Shown here: in pieces, positions 36,149-47,733 of the stretch
Layout of the letters: each line of letters starts with the position of its first letter
How positions within the stretch are numbered: the stretch's first letter is position 1
NCBI GenBank assembly: GCA_004431415.1
Contig: QPMI01000651.1
Span: forward strand, 124,001 to 188,000
Direction of reading: 5' to 3'
DNA length: 64,000 nt
Source: Cyanophora paradoxa CCMP329
Taxonomy: Eukaryota > Plantae > Glaucophyta
Program-made: the position numbers and the translations under genes
The notes under the pieces: generated by a model
The model's input: the letters and a program-made list of their open reading frames with translations, nothing else
Database searches by the model: none
Told to the model about the DNA's origin: nothing

Positions 36149-36982
36149 TTATGGAGCAGTATCCTGCCCAAAAATGGGGAAATATCGATTTGTCCCATAG
36201 TATTCAGCATAGGTATTCTGCTTTGCAATAAAATCGGTTCTCTCTGCAAACATCACACACTTGTAGATACCAAACTTGGTGGCTCTCACTAAGAACTGAT
36301 AGTCTTCCAAACCGAAATTGACTCCATGATAAGCAATTCCGAAATTATCATATGGGGTGATCACTACTGCAAAGTTGGGAGTTCCACCTTCAACTTGGCA
36401 TACAGCATAAACATCTGGTGGGATATCCACAACAACCTTGTAGTGATCACCAATCTCAACAAGAGAGTCTACTACTGCTGTTTGTTCATTCACAACAATG
36501 GGGAATATCTTGATTATATAGGGGGCATTCATGCTGGGGACATAGGTTCGAATTCTTGTGTTGGGATCAATGGGATTGGGTTGATCATTCACAAATAAAG
36601 GCGCTCCAACAGCCCCACCAACCCTAAGACCATCACCAATATAAGCTCCCCCCGATTTGCAGTTAATAGCTCCCGACCTAGATTCAAAAGAATAAGTAGA
36701 CAGAGGATCTCCATAGCTATCTGGGTCTCCATAATGAGCAGAAAAGTTTGCATTTGTGACAAGTAGCTTAGTTGTCTTAACTATTCCATTATTTTTATCA
36801 CATCTGAGTTCCTGTAATCTCAGCTTGTGGGTGGAACCAAATGTATTCATTGTAGGTTGGACCTCTGTGGATTGGAGACCCTCAACATCATCAAAAGTAG
36901 CATGCTGCAGAACATGGTTTGCTGGTGCAGCTAATGAAAGCTGAGGTGTAATAATTCGTTCAAGTGGGGGTTGCTCAGCCAT
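36149..36982 (-). CDS. Hypothetical, possibly structural/fibre-associated protein (277 aa)
   Basis: Paralogue of 37006-37850 (ELR.DKN.G.VKTT.LLVTNANF; SGGA.IG.G.RV.G). Confidence 0.7.
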   Translation of the reverse strand: MAEQPPLERIITPQLSLAAPANHVLQHATFDDVEGLQSTEVQPTMNTFGSTHKLRLQELRCDKNNGIVKTTKLLVTNANFSAHYGDPDSYGDPLSTYSFESRSGAINCKSGGAYIGDGLRVGGAVGAPLFVNDQPNPIDPNTRIRTYVPSMNAPYIIKIFPIVVNEQTAVVDSLVEIGDHYKVVVDIPPDVYAVCQVEGGTPNFAVVITPYDNFGIAYHGVNFGLEDYQFLVRATKFGIYKCVMFAERTDFIAKQNTYAEYYGTNRYFPIFGQDTAP

Positions 36983-37005
36983 TTTACATTAAAGGGATAT
37001 ATCTT

Positions 37006-37850
37006 TTATGGGGTTGGGTCATCAATTACATCTGGCTCCATGTAAAACCCTGTAACTGAAAGAGTATCAGGAGTTACACCTCTAAGAGCTGATACAGCGG
37101 CTATATCTGTTCTCAAACCGATAAGAGTTATAGTATATAACCCAATATCTGTAACAAACAAGTCAAAGGTGAAATTATTATTATAAACACAGTAGCCATA
37201 ACCGAAATGATTGTATCCCTGAACATTGAAATAGTATTTATGACCTACTTGATTGTTGTTGGCTCTACAAAGGGAAAGCATTGCAGATGGAATCGCAAGA
37301 CCTCTCAGTACTCTTTTGGTTCCTTCAATTAATTCCGAGTTTTCAAGAGTAACAGTATATCCAATGTAAAATTGAATTAATGGCTGCTGTGCAACAGGAG
37401 TATATAATCGAATTCGTTGGGGTCTTCAACATTCTGTTCAAGAGTATCTGGGACATCATTATACGAAATTGAGGATGAAAGCTGACCTGAAACTCTGCAA
37501 CCTCCACCAATAAAAGCTCCTCCTGATCTCACAGTAACAGCAGCAGAATTCTTATCGAAATCAAGGGCTTTCAGATCAACACTGAAAGCATCTGGACCTC
37601 CATTAGTAGGTTGGAAGAAGTTTGCATTTGTGACAAGAAGTCGAGTTGTTTTCACCACACCTGAATTCTTATCAGCTCTCAGCTCTTTAACTCGAATAAT
37701 CGAATTTTTATCAAAGGAGTTACCATTGGAGTTGGGTCTCTCTGTGGATTCTAAACCACGAACCTCATCATTAACTTCATGCTGGCGAAAATGCATTGCA
37801 GGGGATCCAAGGGAATATATAGGCAGTTGAACTCGATTATATTCACCCAT
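37006..37850 (-). pseudogene. Tandem paralogue of 36149-36982, frameshift near 37415
   Basis: ORF 37377-37889 plus the frame continuing to 37006 reconstruct a protein of similar length. Confidence 0.65.
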
Positions 37851-37903
37851 TGCTTCTTTTACTAAGAAGTAAAGAAAAATAAACTGCAATCAAGCCAAAG
37901 TGA

Positions 37904-38194
37904 TTAAATTCGATCCAAGGATTGGTAGGCAACTGAAAGTGATTGAAGGTTGGATGTCATTGATTTGATGTTGTTATCACATTCAGTGTATTTAACAACA
38001 GGGTCACCATATGCAGATTTGGCAAGGACATTAACCAAGAGGTTTTTATACTCATTTACAACTGGTGAGAGCTTGTTAGTTTGCTGAATCGTTTTTTCAA
38101 CTGTTTGTAATGCGTTTACAAGGGTGATTGTGTCAAAAGAAAGCGCAACAGGCTCAGTTGAATAGGTGGTTCCACCAAGAGGATAGGTCGCCAT
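37904..38194 (-). CDS. Hypothetical viral protein (96 aa)
   Basis: ATG ORF tightly packed between neighbouring genes. Confidence 0.6.
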   Translation of the reverse strand: MATYPLGGTTYSTEPVALSFDTITLVNALQTVEKTIQQTNKLSPVVNEYKNLLVNVLAKSAYGDPVVKYTECDNNIKSMTSNLQSLSVAYQSLDRI

Positions 38195-38197
38195 TTA

Positions 38198-41100
38198 TTA
38201 TACTTTGACATTTTTAATTTGGTCTATTTGATCCTGTTGATCTTTGCATTTTTGGGACAACTCCTTCACAGCTTCAATGAGAACTGGAATTAAACCTGTG
38301 TATTCAAGAGATAGGTAGCCATCGTCTTTTTTAACATTAACTACCTCTGGTATTACCTTTTCTACATCTTGCGCAATTAAACCTAATTTCGTTCCATCTT
38401 TTTCGCTTCCAATTCGTTTAAAACTCACTCCTTCTAATTTTTCGATTGCTGAAAGAGCGCCGGATATCTTTTTAATGTCGGTTTTGTATCTTATGTCACT
38501 TCCTTGTGTTAAATAACCTCCAATCCACATCCATCCTCCATGATACATGTAACAAATATCAGTATCTTGTTCATTTCGGAATACAAGGGAATATCTCCCC
38601 TCCTTTCAAATATGTAGAAGTTTGGTTACCGAAATGGATACGATTATATCCATCACTGGAATTAAACCAAGTCCCCACAGTTCCTGTTAAGATATTGGGT
38701 TTGCTATAAACGTTATTCCAATGAATATAGCCGGTGTGACCGCCATAACTATTTCCAACCCAAATTTTCATGTAACTAATACCCATAATATGAACTCTTC
38801 CAATCTTTGGTCTAATTCGAATTGTGAGGAATCGATTACCAAGATGTATTGGAACATTATTTATACCACTGTGGTTACCATCAGGAGATGTGCTGTATGG
38901 TTGATAACTATTTACTGATGTAATAAAAACTTCATTCCCTTGTCGATTCAGTCCCCAAATTTCAAAAATTCGTGAGTTAGTCCAAGGTAAATAAGTTAAA
39001 AACGCTGTTCCTTTGTGGTATCCATCAGGTATATCGAAGTCAATCCAAGCGGTAGATGTTTGATCATCCGTTTGATTATTATGAACATATGAACCATAAT
39101 TATAATGTGGATCCCATGCTGAACTCCATGCCCATGTCCAACCCTCAGAACATCTATTAAATTCAATACCTCCTACTGTTTTATCTGCTGTGTGAAACTT
39201 TGGAACAGCATTACCATTTATTTGAAGATCTGTTGTAGCATTAATAGTGGGTGCTGTAATAGTGTTTTTCACCCAAAAGTTACCATTGTTATAAGACTTT
39301 AAAATTGCTCCATCTGCTGAGTCTCTAAATTCAATTGACACACCGTCACCATTCGGTCTCCCTCGTATATATGTGCAATCGCCATTACCAAACCAAATTC
39401 GCTCGACTGCATCTACTGATTTTAACCATGTATTTGTTGCCCATGTTGCGGTTTGTGGAAGGTCTGCGGCTGAGTAAAATGATGGTTTACTAAATACATT
39501 ATCCCAAGAGATCATGCCCAATTCATTATCAGTTGCTCTCTGTCTGCTCCACCCAAAAACACCTGTGAGATGAATGCGACCTTTTCGACCTTGGACATAA
39601 ATATATTTGTAGAATTCGCAATTGATAGAGACAAACAAGATTGTATTATGTGTTCCATCCTGATTCACCTGTTGAATTCCCTGATAGGCATTTACTCGTT
39701 TTAAGAAATGTTGATATCCATTGACTGTTTGCCCATAGATATCAAAATATCTACAATTATACCAAGGCATGTGCTGGATATAAAATGATTTCATACCTGT
39801 GGGAATGAGCCATCTCATCCAACAACCACTGCAATCTTCATCATTTTGTGGTGTGGTATGACATCCATTTTGCCCTGTTCTTGATGCCCATGTAACAGTC
39901 CAGTTATTTGGAGATCTGTCTGTTGAAATCACATCTAACTGATCAAAATCATAACCTTTTGGAATTGTGGTTCCACCAATTTGTAGAGTGGTAGCATTCA
40001 CAGTTCCATTGACAGTCCCACCTGTAAGAGGTAAATAATTCCCAAGAGCTGCTGTTAATTCGTTATCTGTTACAACATCTGTAAGAGCTAATTGTAATTC
40101 TGTATTTGTTACATAATCTTTGTTTTCTAAATAATCATCTGTAACAACACCAGAGAGGGTCTCATTGTGTAAGTTTTTTGCTGCCATCCTCTGATTGACT
40201 TCTAAGGCTCCTCCTGCTAATGTTTTAATCCAGGACATTTCGCATTTCCCATAGTTATCTGATGGTTGTCCCACAAGTGGGACATAATTGAATTTGGATC
40301 GACTGAATATTATTTTAGGTCTGGAGCCATCAGTTGCACTGACATCTGTTACATTTACTTGCATAATGGCATCCTTATCATCATATGCTGCTGGATCAGA
40401 TGGGAGAGGTGGTAATCCTGATGTCAATGTGATGTCCTCATTATAATAACTTGTTAAGAAGATGCCTGGTTTGGTATCAATCACCCCAACACCACCTGCT
40501 GAAATCATTTGGATTCTTGTTGGTTGTTTGATGTATAATTCACCTTCCATTGTGGTCCCTGCATCAATGCCTTTTCGATTGACATAATAATCATTTAGTT
40601 GTAGCCTTTCAGGTATGGTATTACTCTGGTAGAGACTCACACCATTTGTAAAGTCTGTCAAAATATTGCCTGATGATGCAAAAGTTGGTTGTTCATCTAT
40701 TTGACTCCAAGGGTGTCTGTGGTTGCTATTGGTTATTGTTGAGTAATCATGAGTGTGTGAATCAGGTGGGAAGGTTAATGGAGGATTTGTGATATGCTCC
40801 CATAAATGAGTATGGGCGAAATCTGTGATCTGATCTTTGGTGTGAGTATGGGCAAAATCTGTGATCTGATCTTTGGTGTGAGTATGGGCGAAATCTGTGA
40901 TCTGATCTTTGGTGTGAGTATGGGCAAAATCTGTGATCTGATCTTTGGTGTGAGTATGGGCGAAATCTGTGATCTGATCTTTTGTGTGAGTATGGGCGAA
41001 ATCTGTTATTTGGTCTTTTGTGTGAGTATGGGCGAAATCTGTTATTTGGTCTTTTGTGTGAGTATGGGCGAAATCTGTTATTTGGTCTTTTGTGTGAGTA

Positions 41101-43588
41101 TGGGCAAAATCTGTAATCTGGGCTTTTGTGTGAGTGTGATTTTGAATCCAACCTTGAACCACATTAGAGGTTGGATGATGTGGTAAATTTGCATTGCTTG
41201 TAACTGTAAGGTAATCTATTACAGTATCAGGTGAGGTTATTTTTAATCCTCTGTAAATATTCAGAGTCTGGGTATGAGTGAATCCATATTTTTGTTGAAT
41301 GTAATACCTCACAGCATTCTTTTCAGAAGTTGTCAAAGCCCTATTGAAAACAATCAACTCGGAAATACCACCATTCACAATATTACCAAATCCGAAATGA
41401 TTGACAGTATTATCTGGTAGATAATTTGTTCCTACAAGTGTTTCAATATCTACTCCATTTAACCCGACTGTGTAGCTGCTGGAAGTAATTGTTTGGTCAG
41501 TGTAATACCATGTATTTATTAAAGAAGGAACCGTAATAACTGGGCGGTTTTGGGATGCTCCATTAATAGTGAACTGGTTCATTCCAATAGCAGTAGAAGA
41601 TGTTGCCCATAATAACAATATCGTGATGGAAAGGCGCTTCTGTAAAGTCTCAAGTGAACTTGCATAGAAGAGGCAGTTGGATGATATTTTCCCACAAAGA
41701 AAAATGTAAGCCCATTTGAGAAATCAATAGTTCTTGTAGCAGAGGTATATGCATAAAAAGTGCCTGTTGGGCTTGAAACACTAACTTGGTTGTTGATTTC
41801 GGGATTGGTGTAATAGGAACTGGCTCCGGAGATAAACAAGTCTGGAACAACTGAATTCGGGACTCTGCTTACTATAGTTGTATACATTGCTGATTGACCT
41901 GGTACTCCTGATGCCTTCCAAGCAAAAATGCAGTTCGAGATATTTGATGCTGGATCAAAGCTTGGTGGGACATCATACCATTCTTCGTAAACCTGATTCA
42001 TGGTATTGAAATTGCAAGAGCCAATTGTGAGGATTCCATTTACTTTCAAATTGCTGGTCTCTATATTGCTACTGTAAATATTACTATTAACTGTGAGGTT
42101 TCCTGTGATTGTCCCACCCACAAGAGGGAGATATTTGGATAGTTCTGCTGCAAGTTCAGCTTCTGTAATAAATTGATCAAGCATAGCAAGGGTTACAAAA
42201 TTAACAAGGATTACTGCAGTAAGGTAATCCTCTGTGACCACTCTCGAAATATTTTCGTTGTGTATGTTTTTTGCAGCCATCCTCTGATTGGCTTCCAGAA
42301 CCCCACCATAATCTGTTTTAATCCATGCAAGCTCTGCCCTCCCATAATTATCATTTGCAGTTCCCACTATGGGAATGTAGGAATATTTATCTCTGCTGAA
42401 TACTATCATTGGTCTTGAGCCATCTAAACTGCTTACATCTGCTACATGAACCTGTATAGCAGAGTTGAAATTTTGGTAGGTTGCTGGGTCTGTTGGGACT
42501 CTGAATGTATCTGTGGGAATGTCAGCCTCCATGTAGCTTGACACAAAGATATTTGGTATGGTTGCTCCTGGTTCAGGTGGTGGATCATAAGAGCCTGGTA
42601 ATGTCCTAATATGAAGTGGTCCTCTCATAGCTGAATTTGCAAGTGTCCCATTCACATGTACATAGTGTTCATTCAAAAAGATTCTTTCAGGGACATTACA
42701 AGTCTGATAAAGAGAAACCCCCAGGGTTGCCAAAGGCTCCACCTTTGCAAATTCTGGTTGGTCATTGATCTCATCCCAAGTATGTTCATGTTTGCTTGGT
42801 GGGAACTCAGTTGGAATCCCATCAATTTCTCCCCAATCATGTCTGTGATCCTCTGGTGGATATTTCTCTGGTTTCCCTAAGATCTCATCCCAATCATGAT
42901 TGTGATCCTCTGGGGGATACTTTGCAGGTTTATTATTAATTTGTTCATAATCAGGAAAGAACTCCCAGATCTCAGGTCGAAATCCATCTGGTAATAATTC
43001 CTCATGGGGTTCATAAGGTTGCTCATAATCCACAACTGGTGGATCATGCCCATCTGGCAAATACTCCTCATCAGGTTCATAGTTCTGCTCATACTCAAAC
43101 TCTTGAGGATCTAAGCCATCTGGTAGTATCTCCTCCTCATTGGGGTCAAACTGATCATATTCATATTCTTGTGGGTCAAAACCATCTGGTAAATACTCTT
43201 CCTCATCTGGAACGAATTGATATTCATCAAGCTCTAATATGTCGACTTCAGGAGGTAAATACTGCTCATCTATTTGCTTTCTGGGTTCAATTATAGGTTT
43301 ATTGCGAACTTGCTCCCAACTCACAATATGCTGCCCAAAGGCTACATCTTCAGTTGCTGTGTACTCTCTGCCTGGTTGCTTTTTCGGTGTTAAATCCGGT
43401 GGATCCCATGGTAGTGGGAAGGGAACTGGGACAGGTCCATAATACTCAAAGATCTCTCTTATGGTCTTCTCACTTACAAGCTTCTCACCATTTGCATACA
43501 CATTGCTGCCATGGATATTTCGCCATTGCCTGGTTCGAATTCCAAGGTCTTTCACATTGCTATACAAAGGCAAAAGGTGCCTATCCAT
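38198..43588 (-). CDS. Long tail-fibre-like protein with C-terminal peptidase S74 intramolecular chaperone (~1790 aa if two frameshifts near 41600 and 38575 are corrected)
   Basis: SDIRYK...GLIAQDVEKVIPE...LIEAVKEL (S74). HxH repeats. Two YLPL.GGT..G motifs. LamG-like ISELIVFNRALT. Confidence 0.78.
40806..41138 (-). repeat. 36-bp coding tandem repeat, nine HTHTKDQITDFA-type units
   Basis: GAGTATGGGC recurs every 36 bp from 40808 to 41096. Confidence 0.95.
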
Positions 43589-43599
43589 TTCGACTAAAT

Positions 43600-44118
43600 C
43601 TATCCATTCCTCGCAAAGTCATATGTAATATCCTTGGGGTATACATCATTTGTGTAGGAGACCTGATTTGTGTTGGCAATGGGACCCACTTGCAATACTT
43701 GGGGGACCTCAGCTTTTGCAGTGCTGCCCTCATTGTAAATTCGCAAAGCTGTGTTCTGTTTGCCCTGCTCATCTTGAACATTGAACACCAAACGACCACT
43801 ATCAAACCTGGAAGGTATATCTGGATGAGTGCCACTGGTTTTGAGTTTCCTAGGTCTCCTTCTTGTTGCTTTGATCTCTGCCACTTGGTTTGCTTTCACA
43901 TTACCCAAGCTAAAAGCAACACTAACTTCCTCCTTATCTGGATCGGTTTGATTCACAGATAAAGCATGCTCCCTTGATTGAGTCTTAGATGAATTATCGG
44001 AACTGTGGTCAATTGAAACTGAACCCTTTACTTTAATATTATCAAAGTTCACATGCTTGGTGCTGCTTGCATTATCATCTTGAATTGTTTCTAGATTTGG
44101 TGGGTAATTGAAGCTCAT
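43600..44118 (-). CDS. Hypothetical viral protein (172 aa), head of the fibre gene cluster
   Basis: ATG ORF preceded by TAGTAAAAG, divergent from patatin. Confidence 0.65.
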   Translation of the reverse strand: MSFNYPPNLETIQDDNASSTKHVNFDNIKVKGSVSIDHSSDNSSKTQSREHALSVNQTDPDKEEVSVAFSLGNVKANQVAEIKATRRRPRKLKTSGTHPDIPSRFDSGRLVFNVQDEQGKQNTALRIYNEGSTAKAEVPQVLQVGPIANTNQVSYTNDVYPKDITYDFARNG

Positions 44119-44161
44119 GGCTTTTACTATATGGATTTATAAAATTCCTGATAAGTAAAAG

Positions 44162-45718
44162 ATGCCTCAGAAAATCGTTTTAGCATTGTCAGGGGGAGGT
44201 GCAAGGGGCATTATCATAACCAGGCTGCTAAAAGAAATTGAAAATCGAACTGGCAGAAGAATAATCGATCTTGTGGATCTTGTAAGTGGAACTTCCACTG
44301 GTGGGATCATTGCAATAGGTTTGAATATCAGGCATCCTGATAAACCAGGTGAACCTAAACTGACAGCAAACGATTTACACAATATTTACCTAACTCAACT
44401 GCCCTTGATTTTTGCAAATCCTCGAAACATCATCGAAAATGCCCTTTTTAATACAAAATATGATGTGGGACCCTTGGAGACTGCAATCAATTCAGTTACT
44501 GGTGAATCACTAATACAGGATTCCCTAAAGGACATTGTGATTACATCCTTTGATACTCAGAATATGAAACCAATATTTATCACAAATGACAACAACTACA
44601 ACTTTATGCCTTGTAAGATTGCTGCTAGGGCTACTTCTGCTGCTCCTACATATTTCTCTCCTGTAAGCATTGTTGATTTCAATCGGGGAGTATTTGTCTG
44701 TCTCATTGATGGTGCCATTTCGGGAAACAATAATCCCAGTGTGTGTGGTTACAGCCATGCAAAGAAGATTTACAGTGATGATGATGATATTATAGTAATA
44801 AGTATCTCTTGTGGTGAGGTGGACCCACATTTAGAGTCTGATTATGTGGGTTATGCTTATGAGACTGTGAACAGCTGGGGAATTCTCTCATGGATTGCCT
44901 CAACAGATGGAAGCCCATTGATTAACATGCTCATGGCTGCAAGTGAGCTTTCTGCCCTTGATAAGATGGAGGAGTTGTTACCCTACAACTATGATCAGGA
45001 TTATGGGAGATACTATAGGCTATCAGTCCCACTTCCAAATCACATAGTAAGCTCCCTTGATGACACTTCTAAGATCCCAGATATGCTAGCATTCACTGAA
45101 ACATACATAGCAGCAAACAATGATATGATCAATAAGCTTTGCAGCCTTCTAGTAGCAAACTATGAACTTAAGAACCCTACAAAGGCTTATATCTCATCCA
45201 CTCTCACTACATCACCTCCTTTGGATGCTAATTGGTATCAGCTTGCAGATGATGCCTTTACTGCCTCATCCTCTGTGACAGGTAAAGAGCCTTTCATGGC
45301 TAGACCTTCAGCATTTGGCTGGGAAGCTGGAGCCTATGCTCCTGAACAGATATGGGAAACCCCCACTGAATACCTTCAAGTTGCTTTCCCGTATACTTTT
45401 GAACTCTCTTCTGTGATTGCCTATGGATCAGGGGACACCAATGCTTTTATTAAGACTTTCAATGTGGCAACATCCACTGATGGGATCAACTGGTCTTTTA
45501 TTCGATCAGATGGGCAAAACAAAATATATGTCTGTGAGAACATTAACAATGCTCACAACTCTGGTGATGTGGCTCTATTGAGTGGATTTCCTCTCAGCAT
45601 CAAGGATGCTTTTTACATAGGTTTCTCTCTCAGAATTAAATATATTCGCATTTATCCCCTTGTGTATGTGAATGCTCCCACAATGAGAGTTGATTTCACA
45701 GGTGCCTTTATTCGATAA
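44162..45718 (+). CDS. Patatin-like phospholipase fused to an F5/8 type C (discoidin) domain
   Basis: GGGARG, GTSTG, SAAPTYF, DGA. C-terminal EYLQV...KTFNVATSTDG..W...KYIRIYP...MRVD. Confidence 0.88.
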   Translation: MPQKIVLALSGGGARGIIITRLLKEIENRTGRRIIDLVDLVSGTSTGGIIAIGLNIRHPDKPGEPKLTANDLHNIYLTQLPLIFANPRNIIENALFNTKYDVGPLETAINSVTGESLIQDSLKDIVITSFDTQNMKPIFITNDNNYNFMPCKIAARATSAAPTYFSPVSIVDFNRGVFVCLIDGAISGNNNPSVCGYSHAKKIYSDDDDIIVISISCGEVDPHLESDYVGYAYETVNSWGILSWIASTDGSPLINMLMAASELSALDKMEELLPYNYDQDYGRYYRLSVPLPNHIVSSLDDTSKIPDMLAFTETYIAANNDMINKLCSLLVANYELKNPTKAYISSTLTTSPPLDANWYQLADDAFTASSSVTGKEPFMARPSAFGWEAGAYAPEQIWETPTEYLQVAFPYTFELSSVIAYGSGDTNAFIKTFNVATSTDGINWSFIRSDGQNKIYVCENINNAHNSGDVALLSGFPLSIKDAFYIGFSLRIKYIRIYPLVYVNAPTMRVDFTGAFIR

Positions 45719-46640
45719 ACTCCAACTGAAACGAATTATCGATTCCATTCATATCAATCAGTTCACCAAAGTAATCTTTAAACTCCACAGTGAGTTCCCT
45801 TATCACCAGGCTTCTGTCATTGATTTGAATAAATTCTGCATGTTCACCACTATGGTAAACATAGCCACCTATATCTTTACTCAATTGCAATCTAAGGATA
45901 GCCCCTTGGTTTTGTGGTTGCGATTTCGGAATTATATTATGTCTGCTGGCAAAGGGGGCTAGCTCTTTAATATGCATGTACAGATACTGCTCAGCATTCA
46001 TATCAGACATCCTATTACTGGTGAAATAATACTGCAAGGGCTTTGAGGAGAGTCTGGGTCCTGAGAAGGTGATTCCCCATGCTGGGTGATCAGGTGTAAT
46101 AGGTTTGCCATCATACTTTAAAAGGTTCTCAGGTCGATATGGAGATCCACCAACAGGAGGATTGCTATAATACCCAGTGGTGTATTCAGTAGAACTAACA
46201 CCCAAAAGCTTCCCTATTCGCTTGTTGCTTGCAATAAAACGAAACTCATGATTACTGTAAAACTCCACTTTATAGGTTGTTGGGTTGTAGAATATCTTGA
46301 ACTCAAAAAACACAGTTTTATCTGCAATGGTTTTGAAGCCTGAATAGTTCAGCCCATAATTATAGGGATGTGTGACCCCGAAATGACCCTGGTTAATGTA
46401 GCCACTGGGAAGGGGATACACTTTCTGTGTGATGATTTCATTGTATGAACCATCTTGGTAGTTAAAATCAACTGTTAAATGATCAGTTCCCACACTGTTA
46501 TAGATACTGTTTGGGATCTCTGCATATAGAACCCTGCATTCCCTTGGTCTCTCTACTGGAGTTGTGAGGGTGACCCTGTAAGAGTTTTCAGATTCCCCTT
46601 GGCTTCTATCCCTGCTATCAATATTAACAAGTCGATTCAT
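45708..46640 (-). CDS. Minor capsid (penton-like) protein 1, element B
   Basis: IDSRDR...YAEIPNSIYN; orthologue of 21102-22004. Confidence 0.75.
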   Translation of the reverse strand: MNRLVNIDSRDRSQGESENSYRVTLTTPVERPRECRVLYAEIPNSIYNSVGTDHLTVDFNYQDGSYNEIITQKVYPLPSGYINQGHFGVTHPYNYGLNYSGFKTIADKTVFFEFKIFYNPTTYKVEFYSNHEFRFIASNKRIGKLLGVSSTEYTTGYYSNPPVGGSPYRPENLLKYDGKPITPDHPAWGITFSGPRLSSKPLQYYFTSNRMSDMNAEQYLYMHIKELAPFASRHNIIPKSQPQNQGAILRLQLSKDIGGYVYHSGEHAEFIQINDRSLVIRELTVEFKDYFGELIDMNGIDNSFQLEFIE

Positions 46641-46669
46641 TTTAATATATAAATATAGATAAAAGAAGA

Positions 46670-47680
46670 ATGCCTGTGGATTACATCGAGGTTAGCTCAT
46701 TTAATACAATCTCTGGTGATGGTCCCACATCAAGCTTTGTGGCTAGACTCCCCAGTAGTTATGAGAATGTGAGGGCTGTAAGACTGGTATCAGCCGAATT
46801 TTATAACAGCATCCCTATGGTGAGTGGGGAAACCAAAGTAGGAGATGTAACAATCGACAATTCATTTAGTATTTACTATTCTGAAGAACTTGCAGGAGCT
46901 GGAATTGATGGTATCCCCACAGTTCGCCCAGCTGAGGACTTTGAACAGTGGAAACAAATCATTATAAGTCGCAAAGCCCCCATCCAAAGCCACCAACAAC
47001 TGGTGAATGTTATTAATGAAAAGTTCGATTTGAAAAATCCTAAACCATCTCTTCGCTGCAAATGGGATGAGTCACTGAAACGAATAGTATTCCATTCCGA
47101 AAAAAAGTTTTACCTGGCTTTCTCACTTGCTGTAAATCCAAACCTGCAAACAATTCAAAAGCTATTGAGTTCAGGTAGACTGCTTGGTCTTGATCCTGGA
47201 AGATATGGCAATTCCTCAATCCAATCACAAGTTTATGATGCTCTCACTGATGGTATCTTTACTGGGACTCGAGTGAACGGTATTCTATCTTCTTTTGAGC
47301 CTGAGAAGACCAGGGACAGTGTTTTGTTTGTGAGAGTAAAGGAGCTGGGTGATCTGGTGCAATGTGGGGATGGTCTTCTGACTGGTTACTTCCATAAAAT
47401 AGTGGTCCCTGACAAAGACTATGGTGAGCATGTAGTTTACAATTCGACAGAGGCTCATCCACTTTACAAATACTATAATAAGAAGGTTGGATTATCCACT
47501 TTCTCGGTTGATATTGTAAATGCTATTAATGAACCAATTGATTTTGAGGGTCAACCTGTTCATCTGACCTTTGAAATTCGCTATGGTGATGAGCCAGCTG
47601 GGGACCCAGTTTATGAATACTTTAAGATGAGAATGTCACAGCTTCACCCTTCCTATCCAGTTATTACAAGCTTCGCATAA
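46670..47680 (+). CDS. Minor capsid (penton-like) protein 2, element B
   Basis: LPSSYENVRAVRLVSAEFYNS and C-terminal IDFEGQPVHLTFEI, the same pattern as protein 1. Confidence 0.72.
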   Translation: MPVDYIEVSSFNTISGDGPTSSFVARLPSSYENVRAVRLVSAEFYNSIPMVSGETKVGDVTIDNSFSIYYSEELAGAGIDGIPTVRPAEDFEQWKQIIISRKAPIQSHQQLVNVINEKFDLKNPKPSLRCKWDESLKRIVFHSEKKFYLAFSLAVNPNLQTIQKLLSSGRLLGLDPGRYGNSSIQSQVYDALTDGIFTGTRVNGILSSFEPEKTRDSVLFVRVKELGDLVQCGDGLLTGYFHKIVVPDKDYGEHVVYNSTEAHPLYKYYNKKVGLSTFSVDIVNAINEPIDFEGQPVHLTFEIRYGDEPAGDPVYEYFKMRMSQLHPSYPVITSFA

Positions 47681-47733
47681 ATTAAGGATCATTGGTAGAT
47701 TTTTTATGTTGCAGTATAATAAAAGAGAATATA

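Noticed and set aside
40806-41138. CRISPR-like 36-bp repeats
   Set aside because: Contiguous in-frame coding repeats without spacers.
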